Assembly (NCBI GenBank): GCA_013239625.1
Contig: MU054323.1
Location: forward strand, 16,124,029-16,188,028
Reading direction: 5' to 3'
DNA: 64,000 nucleotides
Origin: Lama guanicoe
Taxonomy: Eukaryota
Shown: piece by piece, positions 42,800-56,089 of the stretch
How positions within the stretch are numbered: the stretch's first letter is position 1
How the letters are laid out: the number at the start of each line of letters is the position of its first letter
The notes under the pieces: generated by a model
The model's input: the letters and a program-made list of their open reading frames with translations, nothing else
The model's database searches: none
Told to the model about the DNA's origin: nothing
Position numbers and translations under genes: made by a program

Positions 42800-43467
42800 C
42801 TGCCTTTTTTAAGTCTTTTAAAACAGTTGTCAATTCTTTTTCAATGGTTATGAGGAGGCCTTAAAATCACAGCAGTAAAAAAATGACTGTACTTTTCGAT
42901 TTAGTTGAAAGCTTCTTTATTTCCTCTTTTAAACCACTCATGCTGATGATGGCAAGTTCTTCAACTGTGAGTTGAATTCACAAAAGGTCCTACTTCCCGT
43001 AATATCAGTCCCATCAAAAAAGAATCTTGTCTTTAGGACCACAACCAGGGATTTGGAAAGGATTTAACATCACGGAATTATTCTCATCAGAAGAGAACTG
43101 ACATTGCTTATTTACTGAACATCTTCATCTATTTTCTTTTAAGTCTATTCTTGTCTCTCTCTTTTAGTTTCATAAAATACATAATGAATAAAAACTGTTT
43201 TTCTGTCAAGATGAAATCTTCCTGGTTTAAAAAACAGTAAGTGTTTAGGATTAATCTATTCAGTACTTATCCTTTGGTTCACTGATTTAATGGGACACTT
43301 CCTCAAATGTTCACACCTTAAATCACCTTCTCAAATGTCTTCATTTTCATTTTAGGGGAGTAAATTTTCCAGGATTAAGCACAAAGCTTTTTAAAGTAGT
43401 ACAGGCATATTCCATTTGATAAATGGGTCCATCATGAAAAGTTGATGCTTTCTGAAATGTAGTCAGC
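42800..43467 (-). other. PRKD3: PRKD3 exon 2 5'UTR portion (668 nt)
   Basis: Acceptor TTTATTCCAG|GCTGAC at 43467. The size agrees with my recollection of a ~0.65-kb UTR in human exon 2. A second candidate acceptor lies at 43221. Confidence 0.7.
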
Positions 43468-44249
43468 CTGGAATAAATTTTTTAAAAAATTTTAATACTT
43501 TATACTCACTTGATATTATTTCAAAAATACAAGAATCTCTATACTTTTTTTAAAAATGGTAATTTTTGGTTGTATGTTTATAATTCACCAATAAATCCTA
43601 ATGGGTAGCCATTTTTTGGTCTAGTTATCAGAGCCACTTTTCACTACAGGCATAATTTCAGGGAGAGCCTCCTGCTCAAAGAGAGTATCCCTGGAATTCC
43701 TCCCTATTACCTGAAACTTGCAGATCAAAACATTTTCATTCCACAAATACACAACTGAGTTATGACAAAAACAGAAAAATAGAAGGGGCCAAAAAAAGTA
43801 AAACGGACATTCACATAGAAATAAAGTATATACCACTCTGCCATACAAAAGATGTATAATACTGTCCTAACATAGATAAAAGTATTCTTCTTCTTACTAA
43901 AAGCCTAATTCTGCCAAAACATGAGTCCTGACTTGCTTTGTAGACAGATCTCTTTCAGAAAACTAAGGAAGCAGGAGGGCATATACTAAACAGTTACATG
44001 GCATACAAAGAACTGCAGAAGACATACTTAAGGCAGGAACGTAGGAGGAAAGCAATCTCGATTTTGATCTCCCCATAAAAAGTTTCTAAAAGTAAAAAAG
44101 AACACTTAGCACAGTTACACATGTATGAGTTTTACATAAGGACAGTTCAAAAGAAAAAAATTTTAAGTGACCCCCATGGCAAAGTGACATGGCTCACAAG
44201 AGATGGATCTTTCCATTCAAATTCTATCTATAGACCTGTAAATAATTCC

Positions 44250-46130
44250 AATGATGAAAAAGAGTGAAACATCCAGTGTGGTTGTAGAATGAATCTCTGG
44301 AGAATAGTTAAGGGAGCTAAACAAATTAGGATGAACATTAATAGAAAAGCAAAAACAAATGGATGTAGTATTAGGAATGAGAAAGTTCAGGAAAAACTAA
44401 GGCTTAGAAAAAACTGCTTAAAGATAACAAAAGCTTTTAGAGCTACATTAAATAAATAATTTTTATCCCACCTTATGATGTATAGCACTTAACATCTTGT
44501 AAATGTTTCATACACTCTAACTCATGGTATCTCTTTGGAATTTGACAGCACAAATATTATTTTTGCAGGTGAGAAAACTAAAGCACAAAGCAGATAAAGT
44601 AACTTTCCCAGCATCAACAGCTATTAAGAGGTAGAGAATTAGGACCCAAGTTTCATACTTTCCTACCAAGTGCTGTTTTCACAATAACATACTATTTCTC
44701 AAAGAGAACAAGGAACTGAGAGAATCACTGCTCAGAGAGGATGTTGTTAAGGTTGAGAGAGCATGTAGAGAAGGCAGATTTGCTCAACTTATATTTTGCT
44801 TATCTTCCTTCAGTTTTTAAACTAAAGTTGCGGAAGAGCACTGAGAACCGAAACCTAAGCCTGGTGAGTAAGAGAGACAAAACACCTTTATTTGAGTGCA
44901 AGATGCAATCCATTCATATTGCTAAAGCAATTAGCAAGTGCAATCACAAAGCTAACTCCTATAATCTTGGAGAAAGAGTTCAGAAAGAGAGAAATAATCA
45001 AGGCCTGGAGATGGGTAAGAGGTGCTTCAAGTTTTGTGGCATGGAGAAGTTGGGAAACAGATTTTGGAAACTTCACACGTATAAACTTAACATTAACCCT
45101 CAGCCAAATCTGAGAACAGATTATGAAAGCAAATGGGTTTTGAATACCTAGAAAAGAGTACAATGATCACTAATGATTCATGTCACCGTGAATTTAAACA
45201 GAACAAATAATGCCAACTACATTTCTACCTTGGGAAAAAGTGGTTATTAGCCTTTTCAGAAGGAGGAAATAATAACTTACAGTAACTGAGTTCTATCTGC
45301 CAGACACTGTTCTAAGCACTCCATATGTATCTCCTCATTTAATCCTCACAACAACCCATTATATAGTTGAGGAAACAGGCTTAGAGATTAAAGTACTTGC
45401 CCAAGATCACACAATTAGCAAAGCCAGGAAAAAAAATAGTGTATTCTGGCAGAAACAGTACTCAAAGATGGTATTCCATGCTATTTTTGTAAATATGTCG
45501 CTTGGGTGTGAGTTGCACGATACTGTAGTTGGGTAAGTTTGCTGCTCTGTATCAACTCAGAGAAGTCCTTAGGGGAGTGCCTTGGAACTCTGCCCTTAGC
45601 CCTATATTGTTTTCGATTATTCATAAGACAATAAATACATGGAAGATATGCTTATAAAATCTTCAGATGGTACAATCTAGGAGAAATAAACGAAAATTCA
45701 AGCAAACTGTAACAATGATGAGTGTAAAGCTTAGGCATTTAGTTCAAAAAGTTAAACGTGCAATATAGAAATGGAGAAATGCTGACCTAGAGCCTGTTCA
45801 TTAGAGGAGTTATCAACCCAAGAGTTTAAGACGAGCTGCTAACATAATGGGTGACTAAAAGAACCAATGTAAACCTAAACCCCCACAACACTGTGAACAC
45901 ATCAGCGTCAATCTGTATATTGGCTGCAAGTCAGCATATATTACCATCGTATTTATTTTTACAGTCCACATTTTTTAGCGCTATACTGATTTAAAAAATG
46001 ACAGAGTATGTATCCAGATAAAGGTGAAAACAATGTCATGTGACAAGTACGTTTAACAAAACCAAATAGAATAATGGTCTTCAAATATTTGAAAAGGTGT
46101 TAAGAGAACAACTGGTTTTATTCAATATCA
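44250..46130 (+). mobile_element. CR1/L3 LINE fossil interrupted by MIRs (~44480-44690, ~45270-45430)
   Basis: RT remnants LKQLASAITKLTPIILEK..IIKAWR..GNFTRINLT and GVP(W)NSALSPILF...MLIKSSDGT resembling the CR1 GVPQGSVLGP/FADDTKL motifs. Confidence 0.7.
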
Positions 46131-47486
46131 CTGCAGAGGACAGCAGTAAAATGAAGATAACAGCACTGCTTACTTATCTCACAAGATATTACAAGGACTG
46201 AGCTACTACTGCATGTACAATACCTACAATGGTACCTGGCTTACCGTAAGTGTTCAGTAAGTTTTAGCAATTCCCACAGTAATTAGATGAAGGAATTAAC
46301 AATTAAGCTCCTACTTTACACTAAACACTGCAACTGAGATATGATACTTCATTAAATCCTTGCTGTGACCCTAGATTTGTTTACCTCAGTTTTACAAAGA
46401 AGGAATCAGAGTTTCGGAATTGTGGGTTGCCCACAAGTACACAGCTAATAAGTGATGGAACTGGGATTCACACAAAAGCTTCCTTGACTCCAAAGCCCAC
46501 ATTCTTTATATTACTTCATTTCACCTCCAACAATCTAACGAGAACACGTTTTCTTATGAGGTAATGAGGTCCTTAACATACCTGATCTGAGTAGTTTCAA
46601 AAAGCTGAAAAAAAGCTTGAAAAAGTTAGTAAACATCTATGAATAATATCGTATACAGGTTAAATACTTCAAAATACAACACACTTATGTGTCCGATAAT
46701 GATCTATTTTTGATAGATATCTTTCCACTATATTTCCATTTTATAACATATGCTAATATCAACCAAATACCCGTAACTGTCTTGGAATTACAATCGACTA
46801 TCAGAACTATTGATAATTATTAGTAAACCATGTGTTATACTTTTGCATAAAAATATTTTTTAAAGTTTCAGCATGAACACAAATAGAAGAAACTAATTGA
46901 GCTGTCTTATTAGCTTCTGCCCACTCATCCCATCTGTTTTCCTTCTCCTTGTTTCGTCGTATGGAATCTTGATTTGATCTGTAAGATGCAACAAGATATA
47001 GGGTGCAAAATATTAAGACTAAATATCAAAAGAATCTAATAACTCTAATTAATTTTGTCTTTATGCTTCAACCAGAAAACTAAGAACAGTACACCTTACT
47101 AATTTATAAATTATATATCAATTAGATATGTTTGTTGCTAATGGCTATGAGCTAACAAGCATTTCTAGTATGTTTATTTGGAACATCTCAAATATTCTTT
47201 TGGGGAGTTAATCTGTCATATATTCCATTCAAATGAGCTTATACAATCTGTCACTATTGTTGAATGGGATCAAAAGATGGTATACTAAATGAATCTGAGC
47301 CCTTTTACTAAAGACAAGGTAAAAACAAAGGCTCTGGAGGTTAGAGGACTTAACCAAAATTACTTCATGGTAACATCACAGGTTGATCTACTCTTTCTCT
47401 CCCCCTCCCTTAACTCCCCCTTACACGTACATTACCTCATTTCTTAGCAAAGCCTCTAATTATAAGAAGCTCTGATAGCAGCATTT

Positions 47487-47860
47487 TCATTCAACAAATA
47501 TTTACTGAGTGTCCATTATTTGCTAGACTATTATGAAACACACTGGGGTTTTACAGCAGTGACCAAAACAGAAGTGGCTGCTGCTGTCCCTGGCACTTAC
47601 AAAGTGATGTAGGACACAAACATTAAACAAATAGTTACATAAATAGCAAGGCAATTATAAATTACGAAAAGTGATATGACAGAGTATATGGAGAAGACCT
47701 AATTTCAACTGGGGTCACAGGCAAGGTGCCTTTAAGGAAGCTAAGACCTAAAGGATAAGTAGGAGTCAGGGAAGCAGAGAGAAGCAAAGAGGATTCCAGA
47801 GAGACAAAACAAATCCAGCTAGTAAATACTTCAAAAGGAAGTTCATTATTGAGTGTGGCC
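47487..47860. mobile_element. L2 fragment
   Basis: ttcattcaacaaatatttactgagtgtcc L2 terminus followed by degenerate L2 body. Confidence 0.65.
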
Positions 47861-50485
47861 AGCATCATTTTTGTACTCAGTAAAGGATAAAGTGAAGGGG
47901 TAAAATGCTTTTTCCTATTCATAGTATTTACCATGACTCCCTACCAGTAATGGGTTTTCTTGGTTTTAGTTTTGTGTGCTAGGAATGCTAATAAACTCAG
48001 GGTCTTTTTTTCCCTCCTGTTAATATGTACTGTATTATTATGTAAAAAAGCACGTGGCCTTTTTCAGTGCAGTACATACCAGTGTCCTGAAGTCAGTTTC
48101 CATGTTCTGCTTTGATACAGGCTTAAATTGTTGAATAATCCTGATGTTGCTTTTATATTATATAAAAAATTCAAATGAACTGTTGTTGGTTTTTAAAAAT
48201 CATAGTTCATAGCATTTACATATTTTCAAATATGTAACCATTACCCTAGATTAATATAATACTTTCCCTCCTAAGAGCTTAGCATTCAACTAAATTGTTG
48301 CTGCTAAAATTCTGCTCATCTAGACCTAGGGTATTTGAATGTCAGTCTTTTCCACTGTCAGAGAAAATTAGAGAGAGCACACCATGTCTGCTCTCTGCTC
48401 AGGCACTGACAAGTAATAAGATTACAGACTGCCAGTCTGGCAATGCTATATGACTCTATGTTGAGCTTCATGTATCTTCATCACCTCTCTTTGCACCAGT
48501 GGTATGGGAGAAATCTGACTGGCTGATAGCCAATGAGCAATTTCTCACATATGGCCACTATAAACTAACCACACAAGTGGAGAAAACTTTTTTCTACACT
48601 GAAATTAAAAGTAAAACATCTCCTAAGTACATTAAGTTTTTTCATTAACGAGTCAGCTGCTCCAAAGAGGTGCACATACAAGTTCAAGTTGAATTACATA
48701 ATCAGACTCTGATTATTATTAAATCAAATTAAAAACTGTGCTAGCCAATAATTTCCCCATATATCAAGTTCCATAAAAGTAGCTTCTTTTAAAAATGAGC
48801 AATTAACTCCAATATGGTAATATTTTCATCAACTTTAGAATGTCTTTTTTAAAACGAGAACAAAACGTCCATAAAGAAAAGTGCACTTAAATGACCAATC
48901 CTTTGTGGTATTTTTTCCAGTTCCTAAACAACTGTTAAAAAGTTAATATCCAAAAACTTGATTACTTGATTTATTAAGCTTTTTTTGTGTGTGGCAGTGT
49001 TTAGATTAAAAACAATTCACTGAGAGAAATTTCTATTTCAAAGAGTCATCCCATGAAACTGAAAGCTTACAAAATTCAATTTGTATATTTAAAAGATTCA
49101 CTCTGGGATGCTTAAAAAATTCATTTCAAGATAATAACGCAGTCAACATTCTTAAATCTGAGTCATCCTCAAAAGTTAAATGCTATATACCAAATTATAT
49201 AACTTAGGATGGAAAATCGGCTTGTCAAATACTCCAGGCTCCTAGGATCAGGCCTACCACATCTATATTACCTACCGAAGCAAAACCTAACATGATGGTT
49301 TCTGTGACACGTTTCAAACACTGTCATTATAATTTGTAACTTCTTTTTGGCTGAATTTCCATGCTTGCTCTCAGTCCAGATCCTAACGGGACGAAGAATG
49401 GGTTCCTTTACAAAGCAAAACTGGCCTTGACCTCGGTCTGGGGAACTTGCGGATGCCTCCAGCAGCAAATCCACAGGTATTCCCCTTACATATTGCAGTA
49501 AAGTTGGTAAGTAGGCTTGATCTAAGCAAAAATCACAGCTGTTAAAAATTTAAAGAACCGCAGCATTAAGTACAAAGTAGAAATAGTGTAAGAGTAATAT
49601 AATCATAGTTTCTAGGGTACGAATTACGGTATTTTAAAAGTTTTCATTTCATTTGAGGCTACAGCTCATTAAGGCTGTGTCGAACAAAGTAGTAGTATAG
49701 GGTGTAACTTATCCTTCCTAATCAAAGATGACACTGATAGTCTTATTTCCGGTGGGGATGGGTGTGGTTGAAGAGACAGTTACGTCCAAGCCATCAATCT
49801 GTGTATGGAAAAGTCTGCAGGTCTCACACACGCTGTCGCTCGATTTATATTCGTGCCCGCAGACGGCAAGGCCTATGCTTCTGACTGCGATGACTTCAAA
49901 TAAAATATCCAACGGGCAATCGAGTGGTATGTGGTTATTTTTATTGCTCAAAGAAACAGTCGCGCTCCTCAGTGTTTCATCTTAAGAAAAACCTCCCGGG
50001 GGTGAGAACGACTCGGAGCAACGCTGCAACTTGCAAAACTCAACACAGTCAGGAAACTGAGGTGTAGGGGCTTAGGTTCTCTGAGCACCGTTGCCTCACT
50101 CGTTTCAGACGGGTACAAGATAAAGGAGTGAAAAGAGAAAGAGGCTTATCCAAAATTCCGCAGCGTTAAGTGCCGCCGGTCTGGCGTCGAGAGCTAGTTT
50201 GGGGGACCCGGTAACAGACTGTGACCGAGGGGCCGGGCGCGGTGGTCGCTGGCGGAGCGCGACTCCAACTTGGCGTCGGCGCCCACGCCGGAACTTGGCC
50301 CCATCTGGCGGCCGCGCCGGCGCCCCCGCTCGCCGCTGCGCCCACCGCCCGCTCCTCCCGCGGCGCGCCCCGCCAACTTCCCGCCCAGCCTCGGCGGCCG
50401 CCGCCCAGCCCCGCGCAGGATCCGAGTCCCGCCGCCGCCGCCGCGTGCCGGCGGGCGGGTGGGGGAGGGGGCGCCGCCGCCTCAC

Positions 50486-50660
50486 CCGACGGACCGGGAG
50501 AACAAAGCGGCGGCGCTAACTTTTTCGGTGTCTGTTCCGCGCCCCCTGAGGCGACTACTTACAGAGGCGGGCTCGGCCGGTCGTGAGAAACTCCGCGTCC
50601 GCCAGCGTCTGTGTCCCGAACCAGGCGCCAGCGCGGTTTCACGCGCCTCGCAGGATCCCG
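50486..50660 (-). other. PRKD3: Probable non-coding exon 1 of PRKD3
   Basis: Strong donor CGG|GTGAGG at 50486/50485 inside the CpG island, downstream of GC boxes. The 5' boundary is a guess. Confidence 0.6.
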
Positions 50661-50734
50661 CTCGCCGCNNNNNNNNNNNGTGCGGGGCGGGGGCGCGCGA
50701 GGGGCGGGGGCGCGCGGCCCGCGCGGGGCCTGTC

Positions 50735-50747
50735 GGGAGCTGTAGTC
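50735..50747 (-). promoter_or_regulatory. ZNF143/THAP11-type motif (GACTACAGCTCCC)
   Basis: Matches the ACTACAnnTCCC promoter motif, just upstream of the GC boxes. Confidence 0.65.
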
Positions 50748-53700
50748 TCCCCGCGGGCCCGGCGCGGTGGTAGCGTCGCGGGGATGTCGCTCAGTGTCTT
50801 GACACCACGCGGGGGCAACAGGAGTTCCGGGCGCTTTGCGGCTCGCTCTACACCCTCCGAGGTCCCGGCGTCTCCGTGAGCTCAGGAGAGCGGGGCGCGA
50901 CCGTCTACTTACTTCAGTTACACACTGTACTTGATACCCGTTACTGCTACTGAACTGCCTCTTTCTCTTTTGTCGTCTGCTCTGATGGAGGCAAGGGGCA
51001 AGAGGTGTTAAGCTGGACGCAGAACTCGTAGGGGGTCTGCAGCAGAGAGCAATTTCCCCCTGAGATATCTCCTTTCTGCTTCCTGTTTCCCTGCCGAGTG
51101 CTTGCCCTCCAGATGGCCGTCTAGCATAACAGCCCCGGGCAATGGACACCAAGGCAGATACATCCAGAGCCCTTCACCTAAAGCAGAGTACATTGAAGTT
51201 TCTACTTTCAATGTGTTTTTTTGTTTCCTACTTGTCCATCTTTAAACTCGAGTTTGTCCCCTACCATAAGAGTGAAGTGCAGCCAAGAATCACCAACTTA
51301 GGCTTCCATGTGACATTGACAAAAGTGACAATGTGGGAGGTGGGGGGGAGGCAGAGGGGGTGAGATCCAGAGGGAAAATACATGAGGTGTTAGATTATAC
51401 ATGTTTTATGTGAGAGAAAAGCGTGAGCAGCTGACACACCCATTTCCCAGAAACGACCTAATTCTCATTATGTACAAATTTCATCTCAAAGTACTTAAGT
51501 CAAATATTTTGAGACAAGCGGATGGTCTAACAATCCATCCCCATGCAGAGGTGGAGGGCAGTTTTTTTTTTAGAATAGAAAAAAAAAAAAAACCCTAAGT
51601 GGGTTCCTACTTTTTATACCAAGACATCAACCTTAGTGTATGTCCTTGAATTTTAAGTTAAATGAGAATTTTAAAATAATTTATATTAAAGATAGAGCAA
51701 GTAAAATTGTGTATAACTCTGATCTACTCCAAAGCGATTTTTTTTAGAAAACACTTCTGAAACTTTCTTGGGATTAGAAGTTACTAAATGTTTCACATTC
51801 ATTAATACCTAATTCAATTTAACATTTTATACTGAGTCTTATTCTGCTATTCTCTTACTTTAAAATTGAAAGTAAATTCCCTCAAGTTTAAGTTCCTTTT
51901 AAAAAGTACTCTTACCTAACTTTGCCTTTTTCTTCCTTCCACTTCCCAACAGACTTTTAGTCCAACCCCAAATATCCTCTCTCAGCAAGATTCCCAGGAC
52001 CTCATTGGAGCAGCTTACAGCCAGTCCCATCTCACTAGTGACTTCCATTTTCTCTCGTGGTCCTTAAAGAGACGGAAGTTACTCTTTCTAGAAGTAACTT
52101 CTAAATGAATCAAGCTGCTATTTTATAGAGGTGTAAGAATTTGAGTATGTGTGTGAGAACACATATATTCATTTCATTTCCACTTTTCTGCTTCTCTTTT
52201 TAAAAATAAAATCATCTCCACTTCAGATGAATCTTTCAACAGTATATTTAAGTGTGTAAGAGTGTCTTTGTACTGGTAATTTTTTTCTTTGACATGAACT
52301 ACAGTTTTCTCAAGACACTGCATTCCTATTCAAAGAGTACTGCAGGGATAAAGATTAGGTTTAATAAGTAAGAGTATTACCATATGAGAATTTTATCCGT
52401 GAGAGAAAATATAATTAGAATGACCCCTATGGAAAAGATTTTTCTTCTTCGTGATGTTTTATGAAATAAACTTTATAAATTTCCTCTTCTGAGGCTATAG
52501 TTGTGAATCTTCCTGACCTGCATTTCTTGGGTCCCCCCCACCTTGTACTTAATGACACACAACATAACCATTCACATGTATTACCTAATACAAGCAGAAA
52601 GAGTTAACACTTTGTGACTTAAGATAGCCGAGTTACCTAATTCAGACCCTAAATGTAGAAAAACCTGACTTGCTAAGGCCCCAGGAGAAGAAATAGTCAT
52701 TATTTTTAAGCTTGAACTGGGTTTAATTTGAAGAATATGATTACTGGAAAATTACTTTTGATTTTTTTTTGTATTTTTTTCCCCATGACCTTGAAACATA
52801 TGTGAAAAATTCAGAAAGCATTTGGGTTTCAATATAGTTTGTAAAATAGTTATGGGGAAAATGCTTCAGGATTTATCTCTGTCAACAGACATGACCTTGA
52901 TGTATTCTTCAAAATGTCCTTTCTCAAAAGGGAACCCTCCTACACTGTTGGTGGGAATGTAAATTGGTGCAGCTACTGTGGAGAACAGGATGGAAATTCC
53001 TTAAAAAACTAAAAAGAGAGTTATCCTATGATCCAGCACAGGGATCTATGGGTAACTGCACCAGCCTGAGCAACTAACTGGATGGGAAGGGTTGGGATAG
53101 GACTTTGAAAATAGAGTCTAACCTAAATTCTGCCATTTAGTAACCACGTGCTACTTAATGTCACTAAGAATCGATTTCCTTACCTGTAAAATGAGGGGAG
53201 ATAATTACTCATCCCATAGAGTTGTGCGAATTAAATGGGGGGGACATCTAGCGCACTACACATGTAATGGGCATTAAAGGTAGTCTGCCTGAGGTGGCAT
53301 CGTGTGACCACAGGCAAGTTGACCTCCATGTGCTTCAGCCTCATCATCATTGTAATGGATAATGGAAGTCCTTACTCCATGAGTTGTATAAAGACTAAAG
53401 GAGCTAACACAGGGAAAACACTTAAAATAATTCATATGGTGAATGCTCAATAAATGTTAGCTATTATTATTCACATTAAAAAGAGCTTTTTCCATCGTCA
53501 CAACTTCTGCTCTGGCAGCACAGAAGAAGAAAAGCTGCTAAGCTTCTGTCTACGGAGGGAAATTTAAAATGATAACAAAGAGTTGAAAAGGAACAGAAAT
53601 CTCTCTGGCTATAGAATGAATTTCTTTTTACATCATCAAAGGAAGATCCTACTGCACAGATCCTTAACTGACCAGAAGCCATCACTGCAAGCTTTCCTAA

Positions 53701-54794
53701 TGTAATAGCTTTGTGTGTTCCATTGCAGGATAAAGTCATTGAATAGTTTTATGTTTGTTGCTTTTATTTTTAATATAGTAGGGAGGCTTTAATGACTGGA
53801 ACATTTTACTATAATTTGTACTATGATTTGAGGTTTCATGAACCTCAAATTTCAAAATCTCAAGTGTCTCCAGAAAGAATTGTTCTTATATAACCTTTAA
53901 ATTGTCTCATGGTCACTTGAATGATGGTGAAGTGTTGAGCTGAAGGTTGTTAATTTAGCTTGTTTTTTTTTCCCTAGATACCCCTTGAAACTTTACAGTC
54001 CTTGATGTTTTGATTTAATAAGTATTTTTGAAAGGCTACTATGGGCAAGGCACTTGATAGGATCTGTAATTGAAACAACTCTTGTTCTCAAGAACCTAAA
54101 GTTTATTAAATAAGATATGTGAAAATCTATAATATAGAGAAAAAAGTAAAAAAAATAAGTAAAAGGCAAAATAAACAGAAGATGTCTGGGAAGTTACAAG
54201 ACATACCCCTGACCAGGGGAAGTTTAAATGCATAGAAAAAGAAGATTTTAGTGGGCTTTGAAGAAAGAATAGGATTTGGAAATACAGGGGAGAGAAATGG
54301 GAGAAAAAAAATTCTAGATGGAAAAAACAAGAGCAAAGTTACACAGATGTGAAAACATGGGGCACATTTGTGGACCAAATAGTTCAGTTAGGCTGAGTGA
54401 TTGGATTTTTTTCCCTCCCACAATTTTCTTAAATTGAGATATAACTCACAAACTATAAGATTCACCTTTTAAATGTGTACAATCTACTGGTTTTAGTATA
54501 TTCACAAAGTTAACACAATGTCACACTAATTTCAGAATATTTTCATCACCCCAAAAACAAACCTCATGCTCTTTGCAGTCACTCCCCATTACTTCAGGGG
54601 TGGCTGGCCCACCCAGTGAGCTCCCAGTGGAGTCACAGGTGCTTGCTGTTGGAAGCCCTTGGGTGGACAAGCACAGCATGGTGAGTGTGGAGGGGATACT
54701 GGCAGGGAATCTATTACATATGACACGTGTGGCTTTAACCTCTGTCACAAATCTGTATCTCTAGCCTTGATTTCTTTCTGTAACCACTTGAATG

Positions 54795-55625
54795 TTTCAC
54801 AGAAAGATGACAAATTCAAAGTGTCCCTAAATGAACTCACCTTTTCCTTGAAACCTTTTCCTTTTCCTGTATTTCCAGTCTTAGTGCATAGTAATACCAT
54901 CTATTTAGTCATCCAAGACAGAAACTTCTTGGTCACCTAAACTCCTTTTCCCTGTTCTCCAAATCCAATTGGTGACCAAGTCCCATCAATTTCATACCAT
55001 CACATCTCTGTGTTGTATGCCCTTTCTTCTTTTCCACAGCTACTGTCTTAGTTCAGGCTTTTGTTAGCTCTCACCTGATCGACTGAAATGACCATCTCAG
55101 AGTTTTCCTTGCTTGAATCTTCTGTAATTCATTATCCACTCTGCCATCGGAGTGATAGTTCTAAAATGCAGAATTGATCATATGATTTTCTGAGCCTAAC
55201 ATTATTCAATAGCTAACCAATGTCTTTATTGTGCAGACTCTCTAGCATGGCATATAATGGACCTCCTCCTGCTTTCTCTTACTGCTATTCCTCATTCCTC
55301 ACATACCTAGCAACTTAAGCAGTGGCAGACTGCTGGCTGTTCCCAGCATGTTTTTGCTGAGGTGATACCTGTCTCTCATTTTCTATCTGATATGCGATTC
55401 CAAGACTTATTCAGTTCAAGCTGTCCTCTAAGATGCCTTTCCTATCCACTTCAGGTCAGATGGGAGTAACCATTCTTTTCTTTGTGCTCCAGACATAATC
55501 CTTCCATAGCACCCGTGATGCCTTATGACACCACAGTCTCTCTTACTAAACTGTAAGCTCCTTGAGAGCAGGGGCCATACCTAATTCCCTATATCCCTTG
55601 CAGAGTGCCTTGCACAGTCTTAGTT
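54795..55625. mobile_element. L2 fragment
   Basis: aaactgtaagctccttgagagcagggg...cagagtgccttgcacag and upstream L2 motifs. Confidence 0.65.
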
Positions 55626-56089
55626 GCACAGACAGGGATGAATACGAGATCTGGGAATTATTGCATAGGGTGGAGAATGAAAATACGTGAAGGGATGAAA
55701 TTATCCCATGGGAGGGCTGGGGGCAGGAATAACATTTACTGAGGTCCTACTATACAGAAGGAGGCAGGATTCTAGGTTTGATTTCAGAGACTGCACCTTT
55801 CACTAATCATATAAGGACTGAAGGAGGTCCAACCTATTTGGCAATAGTAAGTTAATAATTTGTTGACTCTGGTGAGAGAGGTGTCAAGAGAAGATTCAGG
55901 GCTAAAGCCAAACTGCAGTGAATTGAGGAGGTAAACAGACGATGAAAAAAAGACATAGAGTCCACTGGTAGTTCTCAAATTTTCAGATTTCAAGGACAAG
56001 TCAATTTATAAAAAGCCAGAGACTAACTGAGGTGCCAGCTTCTCGTTTTACCAACTGAGAACATAAAAGTAAAGCAAGACCTCAAAATC

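Larger units (their letters stand above)
50000..50950. promoter_or_regulatory. CpG island / PRKD3 promoter
   Basis: Very GC- and CpG-rich in an AT-rich background; GGGGCGGGG GC boxes at ~50684-50709; 11-N assembly gap at 50669-50679. Confidence 0.92.

Noticed and set aside
50105..51211. Several 100-200 aa ORFs on both strands
   Set aside because: Low-complexity Arg/Pro/Ala/Gly ORFs expected from stop-codon scarcity in a CpG island; two span an N gap
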